64,000 bases of DNA from Candidatus Latescibacterota bacterium. Lineage in GTDB: Bacteria; Latescibacterota; UBA2968; GCA-2709665. The stretch lies in contig OZ220733.1 of assembly GCA_965116875.1 (NCBI GenBank), forward strand, positions 736,001 to 800,000, in the 5' to 3' direction. The notes beneath the pieces are model-generated. The model had not been told where the DNA came from. It was given only the letters and a program-made list of their open reading frames with translations, and made no database searches. Numbering within the stretch: position 1 is the stretch's first letter; every line of letters begins with the position of its first letter. Below, piece after piece: positions 20,221 through 30,191 of the stretch. The translations under genes were made by a program, and so were the position numbers.

Positions 20221-20320
20221 TTTCGCTTGACAAGTTCTGGATTTGCCTCTTTTCCGGGCGCCGTTGGTAACGGGCAATGCAACCGAAAGCCGAAGTTGCA
20301 CAAAGACTTACAGGGCGAAT

Positions 20321-20425
20321 TAGCAGCCCGTTGAAAAAGTCCATCCCGGCTGCGGCCGGCCCTTGCGGTCGAAAACCTGCGCTGCCCGGCCTCGCCTGCA
20401 GAGCGACTTTATCAACGGACTGTCA
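20321..20425. mobile_element. MITE-like element
   Basis: TAGCAGCCCGTTGAAAAAGTCCATCC...CTTTATCAACGGACTGTCA. Confidence 0.65.
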
Positions 20426-20449
20426 GAGACATGGGAAGGTTTCGGGACT

Positions 20450-20707
20450 TCAACGGATCTTCGCAAGCGGTATCGCCTCTTCGATCAGCATGATGGGAAT
20501 GTTGTCTTCAATCGGGTACATGTAAGCGCCGTCCTCGCGAACAAGGCCTCCGTCAACGGGTTTCTCAACGAGGGTTCCCCCCCGGTTGCGCAACTCGCCA
20601 TTCTCGATGAGATCGTTGACTTTTTCGATCAGTTCCCGATCTGCCGGACCCACCGGTGTTTTGTTTTCGGGACAGGCCAGAATATCGAGAAGTTCCCTGT
20701 CGATCAC
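20450..20707 (-). CDS. Trm112-like (UPF0434) protein
   Basis: LLDILACPE...YPIEDNIPIMLIEEA. Confidence 0.85.
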   Translation of the reverse strand: MIDRELLDILACPENKTPVGPADRELIEKVNDLIENGELRNRGGTLVEKPVDGGLVREDGAYMYPIEDNIPIMLIEEAIPLAKIR

Positions 20708-21230
20708 CCCTGAACCCCTTTCAAATACAAGCGCCGCATTCGCGGAATTCGCTCTGTGCAGCACTCGGTTTGAGAGAAAATAGTCAACAAGCGGTCGTCG
20801 AACAAGCTTTTTCCGGCTGGAGCGCCTATTCCAAACATTCGCTGACGCGTTTTGCCCTGAGAAGCTGCCTTAAAACTCCCAGCGGTCTTCGCACGGATGC
20901 AAAAGCACCGGTCGGGAACTCGCCTGGAATTCGAAAACAGCTTCTTTGTTCCACAATTCCGTTCCACAAGAGTAACCGTCGACATGGTGGTGGTTACCGG
21001 CTTCGCCTTCCGGGGCGTTCGTCGCGTTGTGGACTTGCTGTCAAGACCTGTGGCGAATGGAGTGAGTGCACATGCCGTTTCAGACCGTTTCAGAATGTAA
21101 CCGGGTCGTCGGGCAAAAGGTTGGCGTGAGCCGTCCAGTCCCTTTCCGCACCCGGTTTTTTGTGTCCTGTCGCCTCGGCGGTTCAGTCGCGCGAGATAGA
21201 AGACAGTTACACCTCGAGGAGCCGAACTCC

Positions 21231-22277
21231 ATGAAAAACAACCTGCTGTGCGTGTGCCTGGCGGTCATCATGCCGGCCGTAGCTTTCACGTTTCCCGGCG
21301 CGTTGTGGGCGACGCCCGAGAGCCAGGCCGCGGCGCCCTTTCTTCTGTTCCAGCCCAGCGCGCGTTCGGCCGGAATGGGTGAAGCCTATATTGCCATTGC
21401 CGACGGCGCCAATGCCACCTATTACAATCCGGCAGGCCTGGCGGACGACACGAACAGGCACATGAGCACGACGATGTACAAGCCCGTTCCCTCATTGGCC
21501 AGCGACATCTTCACCTCGTTCGGCGCTTACACGCAACCGGTCGAAGGCGTGGGCAACCTGGGCTTCAGCCTGATCTACACCTCGCTGGGATCGCAGCACC
21601 GTACCGACTCACAGGGGCAGGACCTCGGCAAGTTCACGAGTTTTGGCCTGGCCGTGGCGGTCTCGTACGGAACCTTCGTGGTAAAAAACGTCTCCGTGGG
21701 CACAACCATGAAATTCATCCATGAAAAGCTGGCCAGCCAGGGCGCCGGAATCGAGAAGGGCAAAGGCGCGGGTACATCGTTCGCGGGCGACCTGGGTTTC
21801 ATGTGGAAAACCTCGGATCGGTTCACGCTCGCGTGGGCGTTGCGAAACGTCGGGCCGAATATCACGTTTATCGATGCGGACCAGGCCGATCCGCTGCCAC
21901 AGAATTTCACCATCGGAATCGCCTACACGGCGCTGCAGCAAGGGAATTCAACCGTACTCTTCGCCGCCGACATCTATAAACCCCTTGCCGACAGGGGCTT
22001 TTTTTCCTTTGTCACGGGTTGGAGCGACCGCAACGGCAGTGAGGAACTCGAGGATATGGACTACCATACCGGCATCGAATGGAAATACAACCTTTCCGAT
22101 GAATCCGCCTTCGCCCTGCGAACCGGATATTTCCACGATCAGGACGGCGACCGGAAGAGCCCGACCTTCGGCCTGGGCCTCAAATACAACTGGGCGTCGT
22201 TCGATCTCTCGTACTTCGCCAGGAGCAACTCCGCCCTCCGCAACGTCTTTCGCTTCACTGGCGGATTCTCCTTCTAG
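21231..22277 (+). CDS. porV: PorV/PorQ-family outer-membrane beta-barrel (T9SS shuttle-like)
   Basis: APFLLFQPSARSAGMGEAY.AIAD.A.ATYYNPAGL, NVGPNITFID..QADPLP, ALRTGYF, terminal Phe; GAGGAG RBS. Confidence 0.8.
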   Translation: MKNNLLCVCLAVIMPAVAFTFPGALWATPESQAAAPFLLFQPSARSAGMGEAYIAIADGANATYYNPAGLADDTNRHMSTTMYKPVPSLASDIFTSFGAYTQPVEGVGNLGFSLIYTSLGSQHRTDSQGQDLGKFTSFGLAVAVSYGTFVVKNVSVGTTMKFIHEKLASQGAGIEKGKGAGTSFAGDLGFMWKTSDRFTLAWALRNVGPNITFIDADQADPLPQNFTIGIAYTALQQGNSTVLFAADIYKPLADRGFFSFVTGWSDRNGSEELEDMDYHTGIEWKYNLSDESAFALRTGYFHDQDGDRKSPTFGLGLKYNWASFDLSYFARSNSALRNVFRFTGGFSF

Positions 22278-22341
22278 ATCGATGGGACGGCGTTTCCTTC
22301 CGCGATTTCTCGTTTGACATCTCACAGGGTCGAAAACCATC

Positions 22342-25300
22342 GTGTGGCTGCGGCGGGTCAAACCCGAACACGTTCTGCAAATCGCGCAGAAGCGGACGAC
22401 GTCGTCGTTCCTTCTCGCCATTTGCTTTTTTGGTCTTGCCTTTTCTCTGCCTGCCGCTCAGGCTGCGGGGGAGACCTGGCGCATCCTGGCCGTCCGGGTC
22501 TCATTCACCGTGGAAGATCCCGACGACGAGACCACAAGTGGAAACGGAGCTTTCGACCTCCGGACCTTCGATTCGGTCCGAGACGACTACACCTTCCCGT
22601 TCGACGCACCCCCGCACGACAGATCCTTCTTTGAAGCGCATCTCCAGGCCCTTCGCAACTACTATCTGGATGTATCCGACGGCCAACTTGAAATCGACTA
22701 CACCGTATACCCGGAGGAAACCGATGGGAGCTACGTCATCGACAGACACCTCAAGGAATACGGCAACGGACGCACCCGGACTGAAATCGCCCAGAGAATC
22801 ACGCAGCTTTTTCACGACGGCATCGTGGCCGCCGATTCCGCGGAAGGAGCGAACCTGGACTTTTCCGCGTTTCAGGCGTACGTGGTCTTTCACGCCGGGC
22901 TCGGCGCTGAGGCGGGCGGGCAGGCCATCAATGACATACCGTCCGCGTTCGTGTCCGGTAAAGACCTCGATCGTTTTGTGGACGGACCGATCGCGGTAGA
23001 CGACGGTGCGACGGTCGTTCGCAACGGGATGTTGCTTCCAGAAGCCGTCAGTACGGACGGGAGGGGCGGTCTGAACGGCACTCTTGTTCGTTTCTTCGCC
23101 CACCAGCTCGGGCTGCCGGGGCTGTCCAATTTTGAAGACGAACTCCCCGCCGTGGGAGACTGGAGTCCGCTGGATACCGGTGGTCCGGGCGCCGTGGCGT
23201 CAGCGGCCCGCCTGGACCTTCAGCCTCTGACCGGAGAACCTGCAGACAGCCTGCTCGTCGGATTCGTCCCAAGCCGCCTCCTCGCGTGGTCCCGCATCCG
23301 CCTGGGATGGCTGGAGCCGAAGGTCGTCACGCGGAACGATACGGTGCGGCTGGTTGCGCCGCACGTCGCGGGTTCCGACCTGGCGCGCGCGGTCAGGGTC
23401 CCCTTCAGCGCCACCGAGTACTTTCTCCTTGAAAACCGCATCTCCCGACTTGCGGTATATGGGCGGAAGCCGAACATCGAGTTCTCAACGGGACAGCGGG
23501 TCTGGCTTTCCGTGGACGACTACGACGCCTTCATTCCAGGTTCGGGCATCCTGATCTGGCACGTCGACGACGCCGTCATCCGGGCCAGCGAAGACGGCGC
23601 GGCCGTCAACAGCAATCCACGGTACCTCATCCGCCCGGGGCAATACAGACGCGGAATCTCGCTGGAGGAGGCGGACGGCCTCGAGGATATCGGCAACAAC
23701 GCCGCGGACCGGATCGTGCAGGCGGGCATCATCAGTCTGGATGCCATTGAAGGCGGTGTCCGAGATCCGTACTACGCCGGAAATGCCACCCGTTTCGGAC
23801 CGGATACCGTGCCCTCGACCCACAGCAACCTGAATTATCCCACCGGCGTTACGATTCAGATTCTCAGCCCGCCCGCCGATACCATGGACGTGGCAATCAC
23901 CTTTGATTACCAGCAGGATGCCTGGCCCGCAACCGGACTGCCGGGCGTTGGACTGCAGGCCCCCCGCGCGATCGACCTGAACGGCGACGGCGTCAAGGAG
24001 GTGCTGCGCAGCGGCGGCCCCGTCGAGACGTCATCGGACGGAAGAGGCCTGCCGCTGTCTATCTCCGGGAATCCAGCCGTACCGGTATCGGACGCGACGT
24101 TCCCGTTCTTCACGTCCTTCACGCCCGCCGTTGGTGACGTCAACGGAGACGGCGAAGAAGATTTCATCTACGCGAGGGACCACGTGCCGGTCCTCTGGAG
24201 CCGCGGCAATACCGCCGTTTCGCGGGCAGGCCCGCCGCGCGAGATCTCCTGTGCGCCCCTCGTTGCCAGTTTCGGCGACGCGCGCGTGGATATCTGGGGA
24301 TGGTCCAACGGCGAGGTCACCTGGGGTAACCTGGCGGGAGCGAATGCAGGCATTGCGCGAACGGGAGCTGAACCCGTCGCCGGCCTGGCGGCGGGCAACG
24401 TGGACGACGATCCGGAAAACGAACTCGTCGCACTGGCGGGGCGGGGCGGGCTCTTCATTGCGGATGCCGATGGACAGGTGGAACAGGTAGCCGATCTCTC
24501 CGGACCCGTTGTGGGAGCCCCCGTACTGGGCGACCTCGACCGGGACGGCGGAGATGAGATCGTCACGCTGGACGCGGACGGCGTGGTATCCGTCTTTTCC
24601 AGGGGACGTATGACGGCGCAGAGCGTGCCGGTGCCCGGGGGCGCGGGATCCGCGCCCGTGCTGGGCGACCTCGACGAGGACGGATACATCGAGGTGCTTT
24701 TCGGCGGCGAGGGTCGCCTCTGGGTGGTGCGCTTCAACGGCGTACATCAGGCCGATACGCCTCTCGCGTTTCCGCTCAAGGACGAGACCGGTCTGATATC
24801 CGCGCCCCCCGTGCTTGCAGACGTCAACCTGGATGGCGACCCGGACATATTCGTGGCCACGAGAGGCGGGTTGGTCTACAGCCTCGGCGCCGACGGCTCA
24901 ATCCTGCCGTCTTTTCCCCTTCCCGTATCGGGCCCGGTGCGCGCCTCGCCCCTGGCCGACGACCTGGACGGCGACGGCACCCTTGAATTGGTTGTCTTCA
25001 CCACGGAAGGAGCAGCGCATCTCTGGCACATCGAGAACTTCGACGCCCATTTTACGGGAAATCATCTCGTATGGAGCCAGGCGGGCGGCGGGCCGGGCAA
25101 CGAGAATCGCCTGCTCACGCTGCCCAGCGACCCGCCGCCGGAGACCACGTCACTGCTGCTGCCGCCGGACAAGGTCTACTGCTACCCCAATCCCGTACGC
25201 GGGACGTCGGCTACGATCCGGTTTTTCCTTGGCAAAAGCGCCCGTATCCAGGTTGCCGTGTTCAACGCGCTGGGAGAAATCGTCGAACGGATGACCATGG

Positions 25301-25440
25301 AGAATCCAACGCCCCGAACGGACAACGAGCTCCGCTGGAACACGGGCGAGTATCCAAGCGGTTTCTACGTTTGCCGCGTGGAAGCCATCTCGGAAGAGCG
25401 ATCCGAAGTACGCTTCGTGAAAACCGCGATTATCAAATAG
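22342..25440 (+). CDS. M6/immune-inhibitor-A-like domain (degenerate) + FG-GAP repeats + T9SS-type CTD
   Basis: VFHAG, EYFLLENR, GILIWHVDD, LEEADG; many LGDLDxDG repeats; C-terminal YCYPNP...SGFYVCRV...KTAIIK. Confidence 0.8.
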   Translation: MWLRRVKPEHVLQIAQKRTTSSFLLAICFFGLAFSLPAAQAAGETWRILAVRVSFTVEDPDDETTSGNGAFDLRTFDSVRDDYTFPFDAPPHDRSFFEAHLQALRNYYLDVSDGQLEIDYTVYPEETDGSYVIDRHLKEYGNGRTRTEIAQRITQLFHDGIVAADSAEGANLDFSAFQAYVVFHAGLGAEAGGQAINDIPSAFVSGKDLDRFVDGPIAVDDGATVVRNGMLLPEAVSTDGRGGLNGTLVRFFAHQLGLPGLSNFEDELPAVGDWSPLDTGGPGAVASAARLDLQPLTGEPADSLLVGFVPSRLLAWSRIRLGWLEPKVVTRNDTVRLVAPHVAGSDLARAVRVPFSATEYFLLENRISRLAVYGRKPNIEFSTGQRVWLSVDDYDAFIPGSGILIWHVDDAVIRASEDGAAVNSNPRYLIRPGQYRRGISLEEADGLEDIGNNAADRIVQAGIISLDAIEGGVRDPYYAGNATRFGPDTVPSTHSNLNYPTGVTIQILSPPADTMDVAITFDYQQDAWPATGLPGVGLQAPRAIDLNGDGVKEVLRSGGPVETSSDGRGLPLSISGNPAVPVSDATFPFFTSFTPAVGDVNGDGEEDFIYARDHVPVLWSRGNTAVSRAGPPREISCAPLVASFGDARVDIWGWSNGEVTWGNLAGANAGIARTGAEPVAGLAAGNVDDDPENELVALAGRGGLFIADADGQVEQVADLSGPVVGAPVLGDLDRDGGDEIVTLDADGVVSVFSRGRMTAQSVPVPGGAGSAPVLGDLDEDGYIEVLFGGEGRLWVVRFNGVHQADTPLAFPLKDETGLISAPPVLADVNLDGDPDIFVATRGGLVYSLGADGSILPSFPLPVSGPVRASPLADDLDGDGTLELVVFTTEGAAHLWHIENFDAHFTGNHLVWSQAGGGPGNENRLLTLPSDPPPETTSLLLPPDKVYCYPNPVRGTSATIRFFLGKSARIQVAVFNALGEIVERMTMENPTPRTDNELRWNTGEYPSGFYVCRVEAISEERSEVRFVKTAIIK

Positions 25441-25444
25441 ACCT

Positions 25445-28400
25445 GTGATGAATGCAATAGATAGACAACATGGACGAAGGGCGAGCAGCCGCCCACTGAC
25501 GGTTCGCTCGTCGGGCAGGATCTTCATGATGTGCCTTGCCCTTCTGTTGTCGGCGTCCGTGCCGGCCGGCGCCCAGTTCGACGCCAACCATCCCGAACTG
25601 CGCTGGGAGGTGCTGGAGACCGCCCATTTCAAGATATATTACCACCAGGGCCTCGCGGACTTCGCCCGCCGCGCCGCGAAGGTCGCCGAAACCGTGTACG
25701 GTCCGGTCACGACGTTCTATCGTTTCACACCGGACGAAAAAATACGGCTGATTCTGAAGGACACGGACGACTACGCCAATGGTGTGGCCTTCTATTACCA
25801 CAACACCATGGAAATCTGGGCATCCAACCTAGAATTTGAATTGCGCGGCGATACCAACTGGCTCCAAAACGTAATCGCGCATGAATTCACCCATATCGTT
25901 GCGCTGCAGACAGCGCGCAAGGGTCCCCGGCGCCTCCCCGCCATATACTTCCACTATCTGGGGTACCAGAACGAAGAGCGCCGTGACGACATTCTCACGG
26001 GTTACCCTGACGTTTTTGCATCCTACGCGGTTCCCCTTACGATCGTACCGCCCTGGTTTGCCGAAGGCACCGCGCAATTCATGGCGCCGGGCGTCCGATT
26101 CGATCGATGGGACTCCCACCGCGACATGATTCTGCGCATGGCCACCTTGAAGAATCGACTCCTCACGTACGACGAAATGGGCGTGTTCGGCTCCAAGACC
26201 GGTCTGGGACTCGAAAAAGTCTACGACCACGGCTATGCCCTGACCCTGTTTATTGTCAACACCTTCGGCGAGGACAAATTGCCGAAGATCTACAGCAATA
26301 TGACGGCGCTCTGGCGGACAGACTTCGATTCAGCCGTCCGCGGCGCGATCGGCATTTCGGGACGAGAGCTGCATCAACGTTGGGTCGCCGCCCTCGAAGA
26401 AAGGTACGAGGCCCAGGAGTCCAAACTCGAGGGTCGCCTGGTCAACGGCGAAATCCTGCACGCCAGGGGGTACTTCAACCTCCACCCCCGCTGGTCGCCG
26501 GACGGTCGTCAGCTGGCCTATCTGTCCAATCAGGGCGGCGACTTCGGACGCACCGCCCTGGTTGTACATACCCTCTCCGACAGTTCCTCGGAAACGCTCG
26601 CCGGCGGCGCAGATACCGCTCCGGACTGGTCGCCCGACGGGCCCGGGCTGATTTTCGCGCGGCGCAGTCCACCGGACAGGAACGGCTCCAGGTTCTGGGA
26701 TCTCTACACCGTGGACCCGACCATGTCGCGGGGACACGGGTTGTTTCAGAAAACCAGAGCGACGCTCGGTCTTTCCCAGAAACTGCCGCCCAACCAGAGT
26801 CGTCTGACCCACGGACTCCGCGCCAGTCACCCTGCATATTCGCCCGATGGACGACAGGTCGCGTTCGTCGTGAACGGTCGTGGCTCGACAAATCTGGCTG
26901 TGATGGACGTCGAGGACGGCAGTGTCCGCCGGCTGACGTCGTTCGACGACGGCTCCCAGGTCTATACGCCCCGCTGGTCGCCCGACGGTTCGCAACTCGC
27001 CTGCTCGGTCTTCCATCCGGATGACACACGGAATATCGCCATCGTCCCCGCGGGCGGCGGGCGTTTGAATACCGTCATCGCCTCCGCGGGCACGGACCGC
27101 GACCCATGCTGGACTCCCGACGGGGCCGGCCTGGTGTTTTCCTCGGATCAGGACGGTATTTTCAATCTCTATCATTTCAGCCTCACGGACGGGTCCGTAC
27201 ACCGCGTCACACGCGTCCTGGGCGGCGCCCTGCAACCCCACGTCAATCCCAGGGACCGTCGGATCGCCTTCTCCCAGTACGGCGCGGACGGCTATGAGAT
27301 CCGGACCCTGTCGGGAAAAGGCGCATGGGAGCCGGTTGCAGCTGGAGTCTTTCAACCGGAATCCGGGCGGTCGACCGCCGCCGCCGTTGAGGGCGATCCC
27401 TTCCCGAACAGCCGGACCTACGGCAATGAATTCTCAACGACCTCGTTCTTTCCGCGCGTTGCCGTGGACGCGGGAAAGGTGAAACTGGGCATCTTCGCGG
27501 GATCCAACGACGTCCTCAACAAACAGTCCCTCCTCTTGGGCGCCATGGCCGCCCGTGACAGGGACCTGGATCTGTTCGCGGTCTACGAATACCGCCGCTG
27601 GCGCCCGACGGTCTTTCTGGAAGCCTATCGGGCCGTGCGTCACGAAGAAGACGACGTCCTCAACCGTGACGAAAACTTCCGCATCTTCAGCCAGACGTTC
27701 AAAATTTCCGGCGTTGAATTCGGCGCCAGGCAGAGGCTGGGCACGGGCAGCCGCCTGGACGCCAGATTCATCTACAACCTGTCATCCACCGACCAGGACG
27801 TCGCCCGTTTCAACGGCATGGACGAAGTAAGCCTGGGCGCCACGACGCACCATGGGTTCAATTTCGCGTTCAGGTATTCCCTGCGCAACATCAGTCGAAC
27901 CAGAGACCGGGAAATCAACCCCCGAGCCGGACGGGAGATGTGGATCCGCTATGACCGCCAGTTCAACTTTTTCATCAGCGGATTCAAGGAAGACACGTCC
28001 CTTCTGATCGAAACGTTCGACCGCTACTTCTTCAACCGGTTCACACTGAGCTGGAGCGAATACCGGCCCGTGGGTCCCGGACGCGCTTCCCTGGGCCTGC
28101 GATTCTATGGCGGACTGATCGACAGCGAAGTGGATGACTACTTCGATTTCTTCCTGGGCGGCCTGCCCTATATGAAGGGATATACCTTTTATAGCCTCGA
28201 AGGGCGCAGGGCAGCCATGTTTCGCGCCGCGTACCGCTTCCCCATCCGGACGCGGATGGATCGGCAGACCGGACCCATTTACTCCGATCAGCTCTTCGGT
28301 TCCGTCTTCGCCGGCATCGGCCGCGCCTGGGACGGAGACGATCTGGATCACGTAATGAACCGCGGCTGGAAACGCGACGTGGGGATCCAGATCCGTTATG

Positions 28401-28564
28401 ACGCGACCTCCTTCTACACGTTTCCGACCCGCGCGAGCCTTGATATCGCCTACGGCATGGATACATTGCCGCGCGTGGTCCCCGGTGAAGAATTGGAAAA
28501 AAGCGGTTTCAAATTCTACTTCGCCCTGCTTTTCGGATACCTGCAAAGCGTCGGAGGACGGTAA
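25445..28564 (+). CDS. zincin domain + PD40/TolB-like propeller + C-terminal outer-membrane barrel
   Basis: VIAHEFTH...PWFAEGTA; PRWSPDG repeats; beta-rich C-terminus with FFLGG..YMKGY. Confidence 0.78.
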   Translation: MMNAIDRQHGRRASSRPLTVRSSGRIFMMCLALLLSASVPAGAQFDANHPELRWEVLETAHFKIYYHQGLADFARRAAKVAETVYGPVTTFYRFTPDEKIRLILKDTDDYANGVAFYYHNTMEIWASNLEFELRGDTNWLQNVIAHEFTHIVALQTARKGPRRLPAIYFHYLGYQNEERRDDILTGYPDVFASYAVPLTIVPPWFAEGTAQFMAPGVRFDRWDSHRDMILRMATLKNRLLTYDEMGVFGSKTGLGLEKVYDHGYALTLFIVNTFGEDKLPKIYSNMTALWRTDFDSAVRGAIGISGRELHQRWVAALEERYEAQESKLEGRLVNGEILHARGYFNLHPRWSPDGRQLAYLSNQGGDFGRTALVVHTLSDSSSETLAGGADTAPDWSPDGPGLIFARRSPPDRNGSRFWDLYTVDPTMSRGHGLFQKTRATLGLSQKLPPNQSRLTHGLRASHPAYSPDGRQVAFVVNGRGSTNLAVMDVEDGSVRRLTSFDDGSQVYTPRWSPDGSQLACSVFHPDDTRNIAIVPAGGGRLNTVIASAGTDRDPCWTPDGAGLVFSSDQDGIFNLYHFSLTDGSVHRVTRVLGGALQPHVNPRDRRIAFSQYGADGYEIRTLSGKGAWEPVAAGVFQPESGRSTAAAVEGDPFPNSRTYGNEFSTTSFFPRVAVDAGKVKLGIFAGSNDVLNKQSLLLGAMAARDRDLDLFAVYEYRRWRPTVFLEAYRAVRHEEDDVLNRDENFRIFSQTFKISGVEFGARQRLGTGSRLDARFIYNLSSTDQDVARFNGMDEVSLGATTHHGFNFAFRYSLRNISRTRDREINPRAGREMWIRYDRQFNFFISGFKEDTSLLIETFDRYFFNRFTLSWSEYRPVGPGRASLGLRFYGGLIDSEVDDYFDFFLGGLPYMKGYTFYSLEGRRAAMFRAAYRFPIRTRMDRQTGPIYSDQLFGSVFAGIGRAWDGDDLDHVMNRGWKRDVGIQIRYDATSFYTFPTRASLDIAYGMDTLPRVVPGEELEKSGFKFYFALLFGYLQSVGGR

Positions 28565-28769
28565 TTTAAAGGCGTGAAAGCGGGGAGATGGGAGAAGGTA
28601 GATGAAGAGCCTGAGAGCGGGTAGAGGGAAGACGGGAGACGGTAGATGAAATCCTTGCCTCACAGGTTTGTCTTATCTGCCATCGGCCTGAATTGAAACA
28701 ACACAGGGCAGACGATTTCTACCCTCTTACGTCTTGCGTCTACCCGGGTTTATTTTCCAGGAGTTACAC

Positions 28770-29501
28770 GTGTACGGCGCCATCGCAATCCTGGTCCTGT
28801 TGACCGTTCTCCCGACTCACGCGGCAGACCGGCTCAACGACGGCCACTCCATCGCGAATCTGTGGCTGCTGGATGACGACCCCCTGCCGTCCGGTGGGAA
28901 ATCGTCCAAACTGGCCTTTACGATGTCTCTATTGGTTCCGGGTCTGGGCGAACTCTACGCGGGCGAACCGAAGCGGGCGGCTGTTTTCCTCGGGATCGAA
29001 GCGCTCACGTGGTTCAACTATCTGCGCTGGCGGAACAGAGGCAACGACCTCAAGGCGGAATTCCGGGCTTTCGCCGATCGGAACTGGGACGAAAACAGGT
29101 ATCGGGAATGGCAGGAATACAACCGCGCCAGGGGCTCGCCTTATATTGAGACCGAGACCCTGCCGTGCAAACGCGCCCTGGAAGGATGCCACAGGGTGGA
29201 CACCCAGCAATACTACGAGATGATCGGCAAGTACGACCAGTTCGTATTCGGCTGGAGGGACGTCGGTGACGTGGGCTTCCAGACCGGTAACGGCGACGTC
29301 GACTCCAGTCAGCGTATCGACTACGAAAACCAGCGCAACGACAGCAACAAACTCCTCAAACGCGCCTCGGTAATCATCGGTCTGACCGTTGTCAATCGCA
29401 TCGCGAGTTCCATCCATGCGGCGCTGCGCGTGCGGTCCGCTCAACTGTCGATTTCGCCCCGGCCGGACCGGACCGAATTGGCAATCCACGTCCGGTTCTG
29501 A
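28770..29501 (+). CDS. hypothetical protein (DUF5683-like)
   Basis: SLLVPGLGELYAG, QQYYEMIGKYDQF..GW; AGGAG RBS; terminal Phe. Confidence 0.7.
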   Translation: MYGAIAILVLLTVLPTHAADRLNDGHSIANLWLLDDDPLPSGGKSSKLAFTMSLLVPGLGELYAGEPKRAAVFLGIEALTWFNYLRWRNRGNDLKAEFRAFADRNWDENRYREWQEYNRARGSPYIETETLPCKRALEGCHRVDTQQYYEMIGKYDQFVFGWRDVGDVGFQTGNGDVDSSQRIDYENQRNDSNKLLKRASVIIGLTVVNRIASSIHAALRVRSAQLSISPRPDRTELAIHVRF

Positions 29502-29533
29502 ACGCCGGGACACGCTTTTTCGAAACTGAAACC

Positions 29534-30181
29534 ATGGCAAACCGTTTCTCCAGGGCCCTCGTCAATCTCGCAATATTGTCCCTGATTCTGATCGGCGTAC
29601 CGTCGGCCGGACACGCAAGGGGCAAGTCGCCGGCCGGTGCGGCGGTGTTATCGCTCGTGCTGCCCGGATTGGGCGAATTCTACGCCGGAGGTCGTCGGTC
29701 CGCCCGTTTCTTCCTGGTCACGGAAGGGATATTCTGGTCCGGAATGGCCACGTTCCGGTTCCTCGAGTCCTATCGCGTCGATGCGTATCACGCGCATGCC
29801 GCAGCCCACGCGGGCATCCGCCTGAAGAACCTGCCCGAGTCCTTCATCAAGGAAGTAGGGGACTTCGAAAGCATCTACGAACGAAACCGGCGGGAACGCT
29901 TTCTCGCCGGCGAACATGCCAACATCCGGGCTGAAACCGATGACCGGATCTGGGAGTGGGATACGGAAGCCTCCCGGATCCGATTTCTGGATCTGCGCAG
30001 CAGGGCCACTTCCGCTGAACAGAAGGCCTTCCTGTTCATAGGCGGCCTGATTCTCAACCGATTCGCCAGCGCTCTCAACGCGGCCTCCATCGCACGGAAA
30101 AGCCGCGCGCAGAACGCGGGCGTCAAGCTCCTGGTTGACCCTCGAGGCGGACTCTACGCGAGCATCCAGCGCGGTTTCTGA
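29534..30181 (+). CDS. hypothetical protein (DUF5683-like), paralogue of upstream gene
   Basis: SLVLPGLGEFYAG, WEWD, NRFASA; terminal Phe. Confidence 0.7.
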   Translation: MANRFSRALVNLAILSLILIGVPSAGHARGKSPAGAAVLSLVLPGLGEFYAGGRRSARFFLVTEGIFWSGMATFRFLESYRVDAYHAHAAAHAGIRLKNLPESFIKEVGDFESIYERNRRERFLAGEHANIRAETDDRIWEWDTEASRIRFLDLRSRATSAEQKAFLFIGGLILNRFASALNAASIARKSRAQNAGVKLLVDPRGGLYASIQRGF

Positions 30182-30191
30182 TACCCGGACA

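Noticed and set aside
20859-20880. AGAAGCTGCCTTAAAACTCC resembling an IS end
   Set aside because: No partner IR or transposase fragment recognised nearby.
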